Of a stretch of 32,000 nucleotides of DNA, positions 11,433 to 22,711 are shown piece by piece (position 1 is the stretch's first letter; each line of letters begins with the position of its first letter). Made by a program: the position numbers and the translations under genes. Below the pieces are notes generated by a model. That model was not told the origin of the DNA. It saw only the letters and a list, made by a program, of their open reading frames with translations, and did not search any database. Source of the stretch: Zygophlyctis sp. KS116 (taxonomy: Eukaryota > Fungi > Chytridiomycota); NCBI GenBank assembly GCA_054661495.1, contig BAAFSQ010000005.1, positions 1 through 32,000 of the forward strand. The letters are read 5' to 3'.

Positions 11433-13709
11433 TTACAAGGCTAGTGTCGCTTCTACAGATGCGTCCAAACCAGGTGGTGCAGGCTCTTCCTCTTTATTAG
11501 TTGCAATTTTATTTAATGCATCGGCAGATGGCGATCGGGATACGATTGCAGAGCCGGGGAGGGAAATCATGGAATTTAATCTGCCGGCTGATGGTCCAAA
11601 CATTAGAGTGATTTCTCTTTCTGCAGATACTATAGAATCTGATCCATGAACTGCATTATGGGTGGAATCTGTTCCAAATAATGCGCGAATGCTGGATGGT
11701 GCGGATTCTTTTGCTTTTTCACTATTTGTAGGACCTGGAATTTAGTCTTTCTAATTTTACCTGCTAGATCACGCCAGTCCAAGACTGCATTGGCTTTTTC
11801 CAAGAGTATGGCATAAATAGGAGAACTAGAGATTAGAATACTACAAAACATGCCTTGACATCCATGAAACAAGGTCTGAAAAGAATGGTTTCTCGGAATG
11901 TTCTGCATAAAATTCTTTAGCCAAGGATTCGGTTAATTGAAGTTCCTTTTCAAGAATAATCTTGAATCCTGCTTCTGTTAATTTTGACATAATTTCATCT
12001 TTTTTGCCTGCACCATAAGCATCGGGTTTTATGAGAGCTAAAGTTCGTTGGTATTTGTTTAAATTTTCAAAAATTCCACCAATAGATTTACTGGCTGATC
12101 GCATGCTCCCTCTTCTATCAGACACAGGCTTGACTCCTCGAGGGAATACAATCTGGATTTCTCTAATAGCATTTTCAATTGAAGGAGACCCATATATGGA
12201 ATTATGAACTAGATCTGTACCATAAAGTGCACGTATACTTAAGATAAAATCTAATTAAAATACCTAGATGGTGCAGATATTTTAGCCTCGGTGGGATTTT
12301 CTGGGCCAATCATTTCTAGCCAGCCGCGAATGACATCTTCTCCCTTGAGAACAAGAGCAAGAATTGGGCCACTGCGTAATTATCATAATTTTTACTATAC
12401 CTTGTCGCGTAGGCAATCAAGTCATTGAAACTTGGATCATCGCGATATATGCTAAACAACTCTGATGCTGCTTCATGCGTAAGTTGAAACTCTTCTCTTG
12501 CAGAAATTTGATATCCTCGGCACAGAATTTTTTCAATTATTTCGTTTGCTTTTCCAGCCTGTACTAGATCTGGTTGGATAATGGCAAGAGTCTTTTGTGG
12601 CCCAGATGTGGCAACATTTGCATCTTCAGGTAAAACATATACTTTTGATTCTGGGCCAAGAAGCAATGCGATTTCTTTTTCGGCTGCTTCCTCAGAATTA
12701 GAACCAAAAACAGCATTGAGTCGACTATCGCGGCCAAGAGTCGCTCGAATTCTTATGTTTCAGCAAAGTAAATTATCTTACGAATTGGGGTTCTCATCTC
12801 TAGCTCTTTTAGAATTCGGTGGTCCCATTAAATTTCGCCATTCAGCAACCGCATTTTCTCTTGCTAATACCATTGCCAATACTGGAGCCCTAAAGTATAA
12901 GTCGCTGTAGAGATACATACGCCGACAAATAAGTTTTTAAAGATTCATAGAATGATTGGCCTTCATGTTCTTTATAGAATTCTCCAACAACTTCTTTGGA
13001 TAGCCAAATCTTCTTCTTCTCTAAAATTTTGAATCTGCTTTTAGTGATAATGCTCATTATATGTTCGATCGCAGTTGGAGACATAGCATCCGGTTTGATA
13101 ATTGCCATTGTTTTCTGGATTGGTCCATCAAATTCATCAATTTGAGGGGCTGCTGCAGATTCATTATCAGTTGTTCCTGTATTACCGCCTCCTCCAATAA
13201 GAATCTAAATTTAATCAGTTGAAATATACTGCTGTATGTATACCGCCATCCTTTTCGATTTGGAGCTGCTCTCGGATAATTCGATCGAGCAAGGGAGCGT
13301 TGGCCCCTCTTACAATCTTGACCAATACATCATTCTATATTTAGTTTGAAGTACCATTACAAAGTAGAATAAGAATGCCGGACAAGATTTATTGCGGAAA
13401 TCACCAAAAATATCAATTCCGTCCGATAGCGCCTAAATCTTTAGAAATCTCGCATGTTGTTACTTGATGATAAGTTAAAGATTCTCCAAATTCCACTTTA
13501 AATCGCTTATAGACAGACTGCATAGCTTCGCATGGACCTGCCCATTTTGCTAATGGATTATGTAACACGAGTAATTACTGTAAACGTCCACAACTATAAT
13601 TAATAGATAACAATATACTTTTTAAACCTGGCTTTTTGGAAAATGCCTCCCATTCATCATTAGTTGAATAAAAGGTAATTGGGACTGTCGCATTCTTTCC
13701 TGCTGCCAT
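11433..13709 (-). CDS. Thioredoxin + three NDP-kinase domains (NME8/TXNDC3-like axonemal protein)
   Basis: The spliced N-terminus gives VDVYTKWAGPCEAM...FRNKSCPAFLFYF..VRGANAPLL (Trx domain). Three NDK repeats follow, starting TMAIIKPDA, TLAIIQPDL and TLALIKPDA. Many tiny introns. Confidence 0.85.
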
Positions 13710-13778
13710 TTCAATTAATCAGACGCGGAAAATTGTATTTATTAGCACACGTAAATTAGCTCTTTAAAATAGTTTCCA

Positions 13779-15076
13779 CTACTTTCGGATACCTGAAGAG
13801 ATCGGTTCTTGAGCAGGTCTGATCTTGAGTATAAACTATCTTACACAGTATAATTACTTGGGAACATTCCCTTCCTTGATGGAGCAGAGTGAATAAATCC
13901 TTCCCACCATCCAGCATCAATCTCTGCAGTAATTTGAATTATTTCTCCTTTACGAACTATAATTTAAAATTTTAATATAATACTTGTCAATTCACCAGGT
14001 CCTTCTGCATCAAAATCAAAGGCAGCCTGAACAAACCTTTTATGAGATGAGTTCCTTGCCGAAGATTGAGGGCTAGATGTTTGACTAGATCTTAAAGGCG
14101 CAACTGCTGCTGCTACAGGAAAGACCATATTTCCAGTTTTTGCAGCATAATTAATTTTTCTTTCTTCTGCAGATACAAAAGAAGCTACTACAGATGCAGC
14201 TGGGAGAGCATTTGCAACTTCCCCAACAGAAAACGTGTCACTAGCCTTTCCAGAAATTGAAATACTAACATTAAGATATATTTAAAATACCCTCTAACTT
14301 CGGTCAAAAGACTTTGTAAAATTGTAGAACAACTATTATGATATTCCATTTCATTTTCCAACATTATAATCAATTCCTGTAAATGCTCTGCCTATTCCAA
14401 TATTAAATAATTTTAGTTACTTCTGTAGCATTTATATCAATCATTTTAGAAGTTAAAGTACTCATAGTTTCTTCATATTTCATTTGAGATACTCTAGTTT
14501 CTTCCTCTAGTTTTGGAGTTTCCTTTTTAGCCTTTTGAACTTGATTTAATTTCGCATCAAAATCCAATCTTCGATTCTCTAATTTCTTTTTAATATGCTC
14601 ATATTCCTTTTGATCTTCAGCCATAGCATCCATTTTACTTAAAAACCCATCCTTGATCTTTTGTGCAAAAGTCAACTGTTCTAGAGCGAGTTTATCATGC
14701 GCAGTCCCTGCCTTCATCAATACATTCCCATAACTAGAATCCGTTCCCATAGATAATCCATATCCTTGAAAAGCAATACCAACGGCTTCCCTGTATATAA
14801 ACTTAAACGTGCATACATTGGCGTTCGTGGAACTTTATCGACAGTAGTATCCTTTTTTCCAGCTACAGTAAGTAATTTAAAAATACATAAATGTTTTACA
14901 ATCTTTTGCAACACCTTGTTCAATCGTCCTGCAGACTCCAATCTTCCAACAACTTCAGTGTCGAGCCGTTTAAATTCCTCTGATGTATCAGTCTTTTGTG
15001 TTCCGCCCAACTTCTCTCCTGTCCATTGCTGAATCTGTCCAATCTTTTTACTCAATGACTTTAGTGTTGAACTCAT
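13779..15076 (-). CDS. N-BAR + SH3 protein (endophilin-like)
   Basis: BAR motifs QWTGEKLGGTQKT..SEEFKRL and KKLENRRLDFDAK. C-terminal SH3 AAFDFDAEGPGELT..DAGWWEG...GMFPSNY. The 3' end is uncertain (13841 unspliced or 13779 spliced). Confidence 0.85.
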
Positions 15077-15111
15077 TATAAAGGGGTCCTTAGCCCAGAC
15101 ATTTATTCTAC

Positions 15112-16567
15112 TTATAATACCCAATCAGACTCTTCAATCGCTGGCATCTTCCTATTTATATTTGACAGACTTGAATACCAACGGCCACAAATACCATCTG
15201 TACTTACCGTCCTATATTCACCGGTAGGAACGCAATTAGTACCCCTAGGTTCATATACAAGTCCATACAAAATCACATCATGATTCCAATAACAATCAGT
15301 TGAATCTTGATAGAATGATAATTGTGATATTACATTTAATGATACTATATACAGAATTTGAGTAGTTTGATTGGAAATCACATTACGAGTTTGACGTAGA
15401 TTTGTAACAAGTCTGGTTAAATCTCCAACATGTATTATTTCAGTTCCATGCCTATAAAATTGGATAGGAATACTAAGAAATGTAGAATTTGAATTAATTT
15501 CATCATAATCTTTTTCCAAGTTTTTTAAAGTTGATAAAATTGATTCTGGAATTGACCAACTACAACTGGTATGAATTGCTTGTAATAGACTTAAATTTCG
15601 TGTTTCATCATCTGTTGGTACAGGTAACATATCTTTATGTAACCAAGGTTTGACATTATTTTTTGATACATTTTCTAATTTTGTGGAATTGACTGTTTCT
15701 GAAAAGAAAGAATTAGGTATTTGAGTCCAAATTTCATTTAAAAGTGATTTTGATAATGGTAGAGGTAAAAGATCATACTTTAAATTATTGGAATGATTTT
15801 TCAAGACTGGTAAATCAGAGTCTGAATCATCAGAACTAGTAGAGCTAGATGCATATTTTCTCTTTTTTTGTGGATTTTCTACAATTGATTCCTGTTCAAA
15901 ATCTGAAATACTATAGTCATCAGAAGATGTAGATTCATCTTCAATAGACTCTAATCCATCACTAAATATATTCCTAGTCTTCACATCAATATTCCCAGTC
16001 TCTTTTTCTTCTTCAGAGTCTAAAACTACATCTTTTTCATCTAAACCTTTAGAGTGTGAGAGTATTTTCCTCCCTAAAATATTTCTCTTTAGTACACTAG
16101 CGCCTGGCCAAATCTTCCAAAACTTTAAATCGTCCAGTTTTTTTGCCTGCTTCACGACTGGTTTACCATTAGTTATTCCATTTTGATTGACAACCGATCC
16201 ATCAGACACCCTTGTTTTTAGTGTTCCGTTGGAGACTGTGTCCATTCTGGATGGGACCGGAAATGCATTATAAGCAGGCACAGGTTTTGAGACATCATTT
16301 GAGAATGAATTTAGTACTAAACACGGCCAGTTTGATCCATCCATATTAAACCAAACGATTTCGCCTTTTTTACAATACGCTTCCAATGCATCATCTAATT
16401 TAACAGTGAAATTTGAATTTTGTGGAATTTCTGGGATTTTACATTTTGACTTTTTCGGGAATTGTTGAATTATTTCTAATTCTACTAGTTCATCTGTTTT
16501 ACTAGATTCTATAGACCACACTTCAGAGCCTTTTCTTAGTTTTCTTAAACATACCATCAGAGCTCAT
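15112..16567 (-). CDS. Probable cryptic loci regulator 2 (Clr2)-like chromatin silencing protein
   Basis: SDG..W near the N-terminus (after a probable 25-nt intron), KKGEIVWF..WPCLV, an acidic linker, and C-terminal HGTEIIHVGDLTRL ... DGICGRWYS resembling the Clr2 C-terminal domain. The start is uncertain and may extend to 16733. Confidence 0.5.
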
Positions 16568-16752
16568 TCTTCTTCTCCTGAGCCTCGCAACAATGTTCTT
16601 AGGTCAACTGTGCGTATACAGTAGGACATGGCGTAGTGTGTTGCCAGCGTGTCCCAGTGTTGCCAGCACAGGTCTCGGTCGGTCGCTGCGTGTGGTTAGT
16701 ACGCAGGCGTGTTGTTGTAAACACTGGGGCCATTGTTAAAATTACACTAGTT

Positions 16753-18119
16753 ATGACTGATAAAGTACTCACAGACTCTTTTGAAGACTTGGAATGCCCA
16801 TTATGCATGGAAGAAATAGATGTAACTGATAAATATTTTAAACCATGTCCTTGTGGATATCAGATTTGTAGATTCTGTTGGAATCATATCAAGGAAGATT
16901 TAAATGCTCTTTGTCCTGCTTGCCGAAGACAATATTGTAATGAAAATGTGGAATTTAAACCTGTTTCACCAGAGGAATTGGCTAAAATTAAATCCTCAAA
17001 GAAGAAGAAGGAAAGGGAGAAGAAGGAAACTGATATTGCTGCTAGGAAACAATTGGCAAATGTTCGAGTCGTACAGAAAAATTTAGTTTATGTTTTGGGA
17101 TTGCCAGGGAGATTGGCAACCGAAGAAATTTTAAAAAGTGCAGGTAATAAGATTGGTTTAAATTTTAGATTATTTTGGTCAATATGGGAAAATATCAAAA
17201 ATTGTGATTAATAAAAAAGGTTTGGTGTCGGCTAGTACTTCTACTCCACATGTTGGAGTATATATAACATTTGCTAGGAAAGAAGATGCTACAAAGGCAA
17301 TAGAAGCTGTAGATGGAAGTATGTTTGATAATAGGATGATTAGGTGAGATTCAAGTTTTTTAAATTTTAGAGCAACTTATGGAACTACAAAATATTGTTC
17401 ATTCTTTTTAAAAGGTCAACAGTGTATGAATGCTGGTTGTCAGTTTTTACATGAACCAGGAGAGGAGGCAGACTCTTTTACAAAGGATGAATTGATTCCT
17501 CAGTCTAAAGTTAGTCCAAAACCAAATCCTTTTCCAACTTCTCATTTCTCTCATGGGCCTACTTTCAAGTCTGTGGATGATCCTTATACTAAAGACTATA
17601 TTGATGGATCAGGGTCAAGTGCTCTTCCACAATCTGCTGGTTGGGCAATTAAGAAGACTCCTGGTGAAGAACATGTAAAGTTTCCTAATATACCACCACC
17701 AACAAGAAAGAATTTACTTGGAAAGTCTCATGATTCTATAATGTCTTTTGTTCAGCCGCTGACTTACTCTCCTGCGTCTCCAAGTCCTCTGGTACTCTCA
17801 TTGGCGAAATCTGGAAGGCAGCCAAAGTATACTGGACCATTTGATCCATTTCGCGACTCTATGCAATTTATAAAACCAATCACAAATATCCAGCAGACTA
17901 TGGATTCTAATCTGTTAGAGTCAAAAGAAAATATGTCTAATAATCTACGCTCTGAACGTCAAATTCAATTGAATGATTCGCAAATGGCAATGATGCAGGT
18001 ACATTTTATTAAACTTATTAAAGGAGACTTTTCGTTCTAATCTTCCTAATGCTAGCATGGGATATAATAACTCTTCAAATATGTATCCTTCCATGTATAA
18101 TGAGAATAATCCCATTTAA
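16753..18119 (+). CDS. NOT4: CCR4-NOT E3 ligase Not4 (C4C4 RING + RRM + C3H1)
   Basis: CPLCMEE..DKYFKPCPCGYQICRFCW..LCPACRR, LANVRVVQKNLVYVLGL and YGTTKYCS. Introns 17144-17168, 17344-17370 and 17999-18023. Confidence 0.95.
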
Positions 18120-18169
18120 ATTCTCGTATGGGCATAGAAATATAAAAAGGATAAGATTGATTAGTATTA

Positions 18170-20447
18170 TCAGACATTAATATGATTACTTATTGATGAA
18201 TTTTCTACATTCAAAAGGTTATTGTTTTCTTCGTGAAAAACCTCATACATTATGCTCTCTCGTTCTAACCATGACTCATAACATTCCTTAAAATGTTCAT
18301 CCAACTCTGAAGGCACTTTAAGATTTGTGGCCTCTGGGATTTCAGAATTTGAGCTATAATGAGCGATCAGAAGAATTAGATCCAAGTCATTTTTTGATGG
18401 TGATACTGGGATTGTAGAAACATGGTCTTCTGGGTAAAATCTTGAGTGATATTCGCGAATAATTTCCCTGAGTTTGTTTTCTGCCTTCTATTTGTTATAA
18501 TATTATTGTAAGTACAGCTGATTCGGCAGGATGTATTTCTAAATCTACAGAAAGAGTGTCATCTAACAATTTTGATGTAAGTATCCTATACATTGTCGAA
18601 ATTACTGGCAAATTTTGTACTCTCCATTTCCTCCCCAAAAATGGAATTTGATTCTTTAAAAGCTTCAACGCTTCAAACTGAAGATCTTTGTTTTTGATAA
18701 ATATGATGCGCTTCAATATATTACATGTTTTGAGTTGGATTAAGTGAAGCAAACGACAGTACTTACGCTTGGTTATTTTCTGCAGAATCCTTAGCAAGTT
18801 AATTGTTGAATAAAAGCTTGAGAAACTAGACTTTGCGACTTCAGATGGTAACGTTGATGTCTCAGTCGCGGCTGGTTCCCCCAAGAATATTTCTTTTTCA
18901 GACAAAACTCTTTTCTTTTGAGAATAAATAAAAAAACTAAAGAATTCAATAGTTTAAAACTTACTCTAGCTGTTCAGGTTCATTTTTCTTTAGCCAGTTT
19001 TCTCCAATAATTTGAGTTGTGTTTGAGAAGTAATTTGAAATTTTTAATAGAGCAGCTGGGCTTGGAAACCAAGAAACCAACAACTTTAAAAATATCAATT
19101 GACAATTTTGCTCTGTCAATATCAAGCATAGATTTTCAAATTCCAAAACGTGATGTGTCTTGAATATTTTCAAAAGCATCAATAGTATCCCCGAAATAGA
19201 TTTCAATAAAACAGACTTGAGCCTCTTTGAGCTTGCTTTTTGAATAAAACTCTTTTTTTCATCTTCTGACAATGATTCAAAATCGTTTGGCTGTTGTTGC
19301 GTAGGAGAGTAGATCGCATTAGATTCTAAAATCAAACTATATAACAATTTTAACAAAACTGCGATTGTTTTCCCCAACGACGGATACATTATTGAGTATA
19401 ATTCTCCCATTTCCTTCAATCTTGAATTAGTATGTTTTGTCTCTTTCCTAAAATTCTTTTTTTCTATAATTGTTAGACTAATATACAAATTCTTTTGTAA
19501 AATATCAAATGTCTCTTTAATTCCTTTTGGAAGATATTCATCTCCAGTCAGAGGATGTAAACTATTTGGAATTTCATCAATTAGTTTTCTAATACACGGT
19601 GGAGAAATTTCATCCAAATCATTGACAAAACCATTTAATCCCAAAGAGTTAAAATCAATCGGATCTTGAATCACATATCCTGGATACCTCCTCATTGATT
19701 CAAGCTGATAATTTCTATACTCTACCAGTCCCACTTTCTGAGTAAACTTTTCAGTACTCTCTAATCCATACCTTTTTATTTTAAAAATAAAATCGTACAT
19801 TTTCCTTTTTTCATTTTTTAAATCTCTTAGTCCCTCTTCTCCACCGGTAAAAATCCCTAATAATTTCAAAATCACTAAAAGCTTCTTAGCAATCATCAGT
19901 GACGGTTCAAAAACCTGAATATCATTAATGCTATTAAATAATTTTGTCAGAAATGCGAGACAATTCAACTCTTTGCGTGACACATTATCCGATCGTTCCA
20001 ATACCAGCAAAACATTGTACAAAATTGATAGTATTGATTCATCGTCTAAATTATCATGTAATATACTAAATAAATTGGGAATCTTAAGTATCTCCATGGA
20101 TGAATTGATGATCCACTGCAACTGCTGATCCCTAGATTTAAATTTATGAATTCCTAGATTCCATGACAGTAGTTTTTTATAGTCTTTCAAGTCCATATTT
20201 TCAACGGATTGATCCCAATCTTCCATTGGCGAATAAAACTCTATTATTTCATTTTCTAGTGAATCATATGGTGCGTAAGTGAAATCATAGCTCTGCTCCA
20301 AAGGGGGGAGATGTGGAATATTAAGTTTAGCCGCTAGGAATTCCATACGTTTGTGTCCAAAAGCCCCACGCCTCTCATGTTGCAGATCAGATCATACAGC
20401 AGCCGTTGTCTTGATATGCACAACTCTGGTAAAGACATTTTAAACAT
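18170..20447 (-). CDS. FAR11: STRIPAK subunit Far11/STRIP1 (N1221 + DUF3402)
   Basis: YDFTYAPYDSLENEIIEFYS, KSISGILLMLLKIFKTHHVLEFE and ALKLLKNQIPFLGRKWR. The start is 20447 or 20438. Confidence 0.88.
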
Positions 20448-20506
20448 GGACACTTGAGAAAATATATTATATCTGTAATCGGAAAGTCTGCATTAAATAA
20501 TCAATA

Positions 20507-21250
20507 CTATGTCATTATGCCGTCTCCCAAACAATTCGCACAATTCTTAATATTTCGATCTTTCAGTTTAATTTCTGTAGGACCGCAACAGGATGAATGG
20601 GTTTCTTTATGAATGGTTAAAAGAATAACTCCTTGACCGTTACAATCCGGACATTGTAATGCCTTCTTTGGAAGCCTTCCAGTTTTGAGGCAAGCTCTAC
20701 ATCCATCCTTCTCATTTACCCAATAAGGATCAGTCATTTCTTCAACCTATAGAGTGAGATTATAGATATTACATGATCTCTGGTTTTATCACCATCTACG
20801 TAAACCAAGGTTCTAACAAACCATAATTTCCTAGACTTACGTGTCCCATTACAGATAAAACAAACTACAGTATCTTCAGATCCTCCATTATTGTTATTAT
20901 TATTGTTATTATTGTTAATTATGATGGGTTGAGGAGATGATGGTTGAGAATGAGCCTGCATCATTGGGGCCATCATCATAGAAGGCATCATTGGCGCTGA
21001 CGGTGAAATCTATTATTAGTATGCATAAAAGTACTTGGCCATAAGTTGGAAGAGCTTTAGAACTGGAAGATCTGTCTCTTCCTGTCGCCGAAAAAAACCT
21101 TTTTCTTTGTCCGATATTTAGTCCCATTTCGTTTAAAGTGTCAGTTGATATTGATTCTACTTGATCTAAAGTCACACCATTGCTTTGGAATATTTGATAC
21201 ATATCAATCAAATTCTTGCGATACATCCAGTCATGTAGAGGTTCTTGCAT
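20507..21250 (-). CDS. SAM domain + Met/Pro/Asn-rich linker + DnaJ-type CxxCxGxG zinc-finger protein
   Basis: Three ORFs are joined in frame by introns 21010-21034 and 20747-20772. SAM pattern LHDW..NL..Y..IF..NGV....MGLNIGQRKR. CxxC motifs CFICNG, CRACLKTG, CPDCNGQG and CANCLGDG. Confidence 0.75.
20887..20916 (-). repeat. AAT/AAC trinucleotide tract encoding poly-Asn
   Basis: A run of about 10 Asn codons inside the SAM/zinc-finger gene. Confidence 0.9.
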
Positions 21251-21598
21251 CTTTTAGATCTCTTAACGGAAGTTTTTAAAAATTCCGGTTATTCAGAGTA
21301 GAGCTCCTACAGTTTTATGCCCTTCACTTGATTATACTATGTGGGGGTCTTCTTAAATCGCCCCCACAATATTTTACTCGGGCACAAAGAGTGCTCGTGT
21401 ATTTTTGTTAAAATCGATTAACTGAACCGTTCAGTCAATTTGATTATCAATAAACTTTAATTTATAATTTGCAGAGAAATGTACTCATTTGTATGAAGAT
21501 TGATGATTTAAAAGAGAGGCCTAAATCATGATACAACTGGTGCCACATTGGTGGAAAACATCCGCAAGTCCGGAAAAATTAAATATTTATCTTTCTAA

Positions 21599-22594
21599 AT
21601 GGAAGCAAATGCCATTAATTCTGCTACTCCAGGGATTGATGCAATAGTATTAGCTTACGAGACTACATCGCTTAATATTACTCAAAGATTGATTGATGCG
21701 AATCCAAATATTATAAATCCAATTGCGATTTGGCAAGACTTTGGTAGCATTTCTCCAAATTATACTGATGATCTAAAAGTAAAGAGCCTTAGAAAGAGAT
21801 CTCTACAAAAAAGAGGGTCGGCGACTGTATCTACAAGCATTGGAATAGGGAGTTATCAAATCTATCTCGGACAATATTTTGTCCAGACATTGGATTTTTC
21901 TATTAATGCGGGAGGATTAGTAGATGTGCTAGTTCTAGATAATGCATACGTGTCCTACTGTAAATATGGGTCTTCGGATTGTATTTACTATACTAGCTGT
22001 AGCTGTATCAATATGCAAACCTGCTCTAAACGATGTACTGGCCTTGATATTTACAACTCTTATTCTATTTTGATTCTTAGATATATTGATCCTACAGTAA
22101 CTGTTACTGGTTCTTATACTTATACTTCGGGTGCCTCTACATCATCATCAGTTTTCTATAGCTCTGGATCAACTATCTACACTCAAATTGCGGTACCAAT
22201 TTTCGTCATTTTAATTGTTTCCTTTTTAATATTCAAATATTATCAATTTAGAAGAAGGAATAATGAAAATGTCACTGTGTATCCTACAAATGACCAGCCT
22301 CAAATGCAAAATAATTTTAACAAATTAGATCAGCCTCCAGTATATATACCCACTCAAACAGCTGGTTATAGAGAGTATACTCCTACGTATGGCTCGGCTG
22401 CACCAGTATACACTGAAAATCAAACATTGAGTAATCAACCTTACAATAATCAGAATTATGTTCAGCCTTACAATCCCCATGGTAACACAAGGGACACAAA
22501 TAATACAGTCGGTACTATGAATCCTTTAGATGGAAGTGATTACCGTGGCACAAGGAATACTGCACCACCGCTAGATCGAAATGATTATCAATAA
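21599..22594 (+). CDS. Orphan single-pass membrane protein with a Cys-rich ectodomain and a Q/P/Y/N-rich tail
   Basis: Intronless 331-aa ORF with dibasic LRKRSLQKR, six clustered Cys, TM IAVPIFVILIVSFLIF followed by KYYQFRRR, and a PPVY motif in the tail. Confidence 0.75.
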   Translation: MEANAINSATPGIDAIVLAYETTSLNITQRLIDANPNIINPIAIWQDFGSISPNYTDDLKVKSLRKRSLQKRGSATVSTSIGIGSYQIYLGQYFVQTLDFSINAGGLVDVLVLDNAYVSYCKYGSSDCIYYTSCSCINMQTCSKRCTGLDIYNSYSILILRYIDPTVTVTGSYTYTSGASTSSSVFYSSGSTIYTQIAVPIFVILIVSFLIFKYYQFRRRNNENVTVYPTNDQPQMQNNFNKLDQPPVYIPTQTAGYREYTPTYGSAAPVYTENQTLSNQPYNNQNYVQPYNPHGNTRDTNNTVGTMNPLDGSDYRGTRNTAPPLDRNDYQ

Positions 22595-22711
22595 ATAAAG
22601 TTGGTATTAGATTTCAGAATACAATATCTATTAGAAGAATTTTTGAGAGATTTAAAGTCTGAGTATGGTGTCCGAACAGTGGGCGGTAAAATTTTAAAAC
22701 CTTTCTAGAAA

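Noticed and set aside
16636-16752. N-terminal extension of NOT4 in the ORF track (MCCQRVPV...)
   Set aside because: It starts at GTG. ATG 16753 directly precedes the RING domain as in orthologues.
21336-21370. Helitron 3' end
   Set aside because: A GC hairpin is present, but the terminus reads CATAGT rather than CTRR at the expected spacing, and no Rep/helicase remnant is visible.
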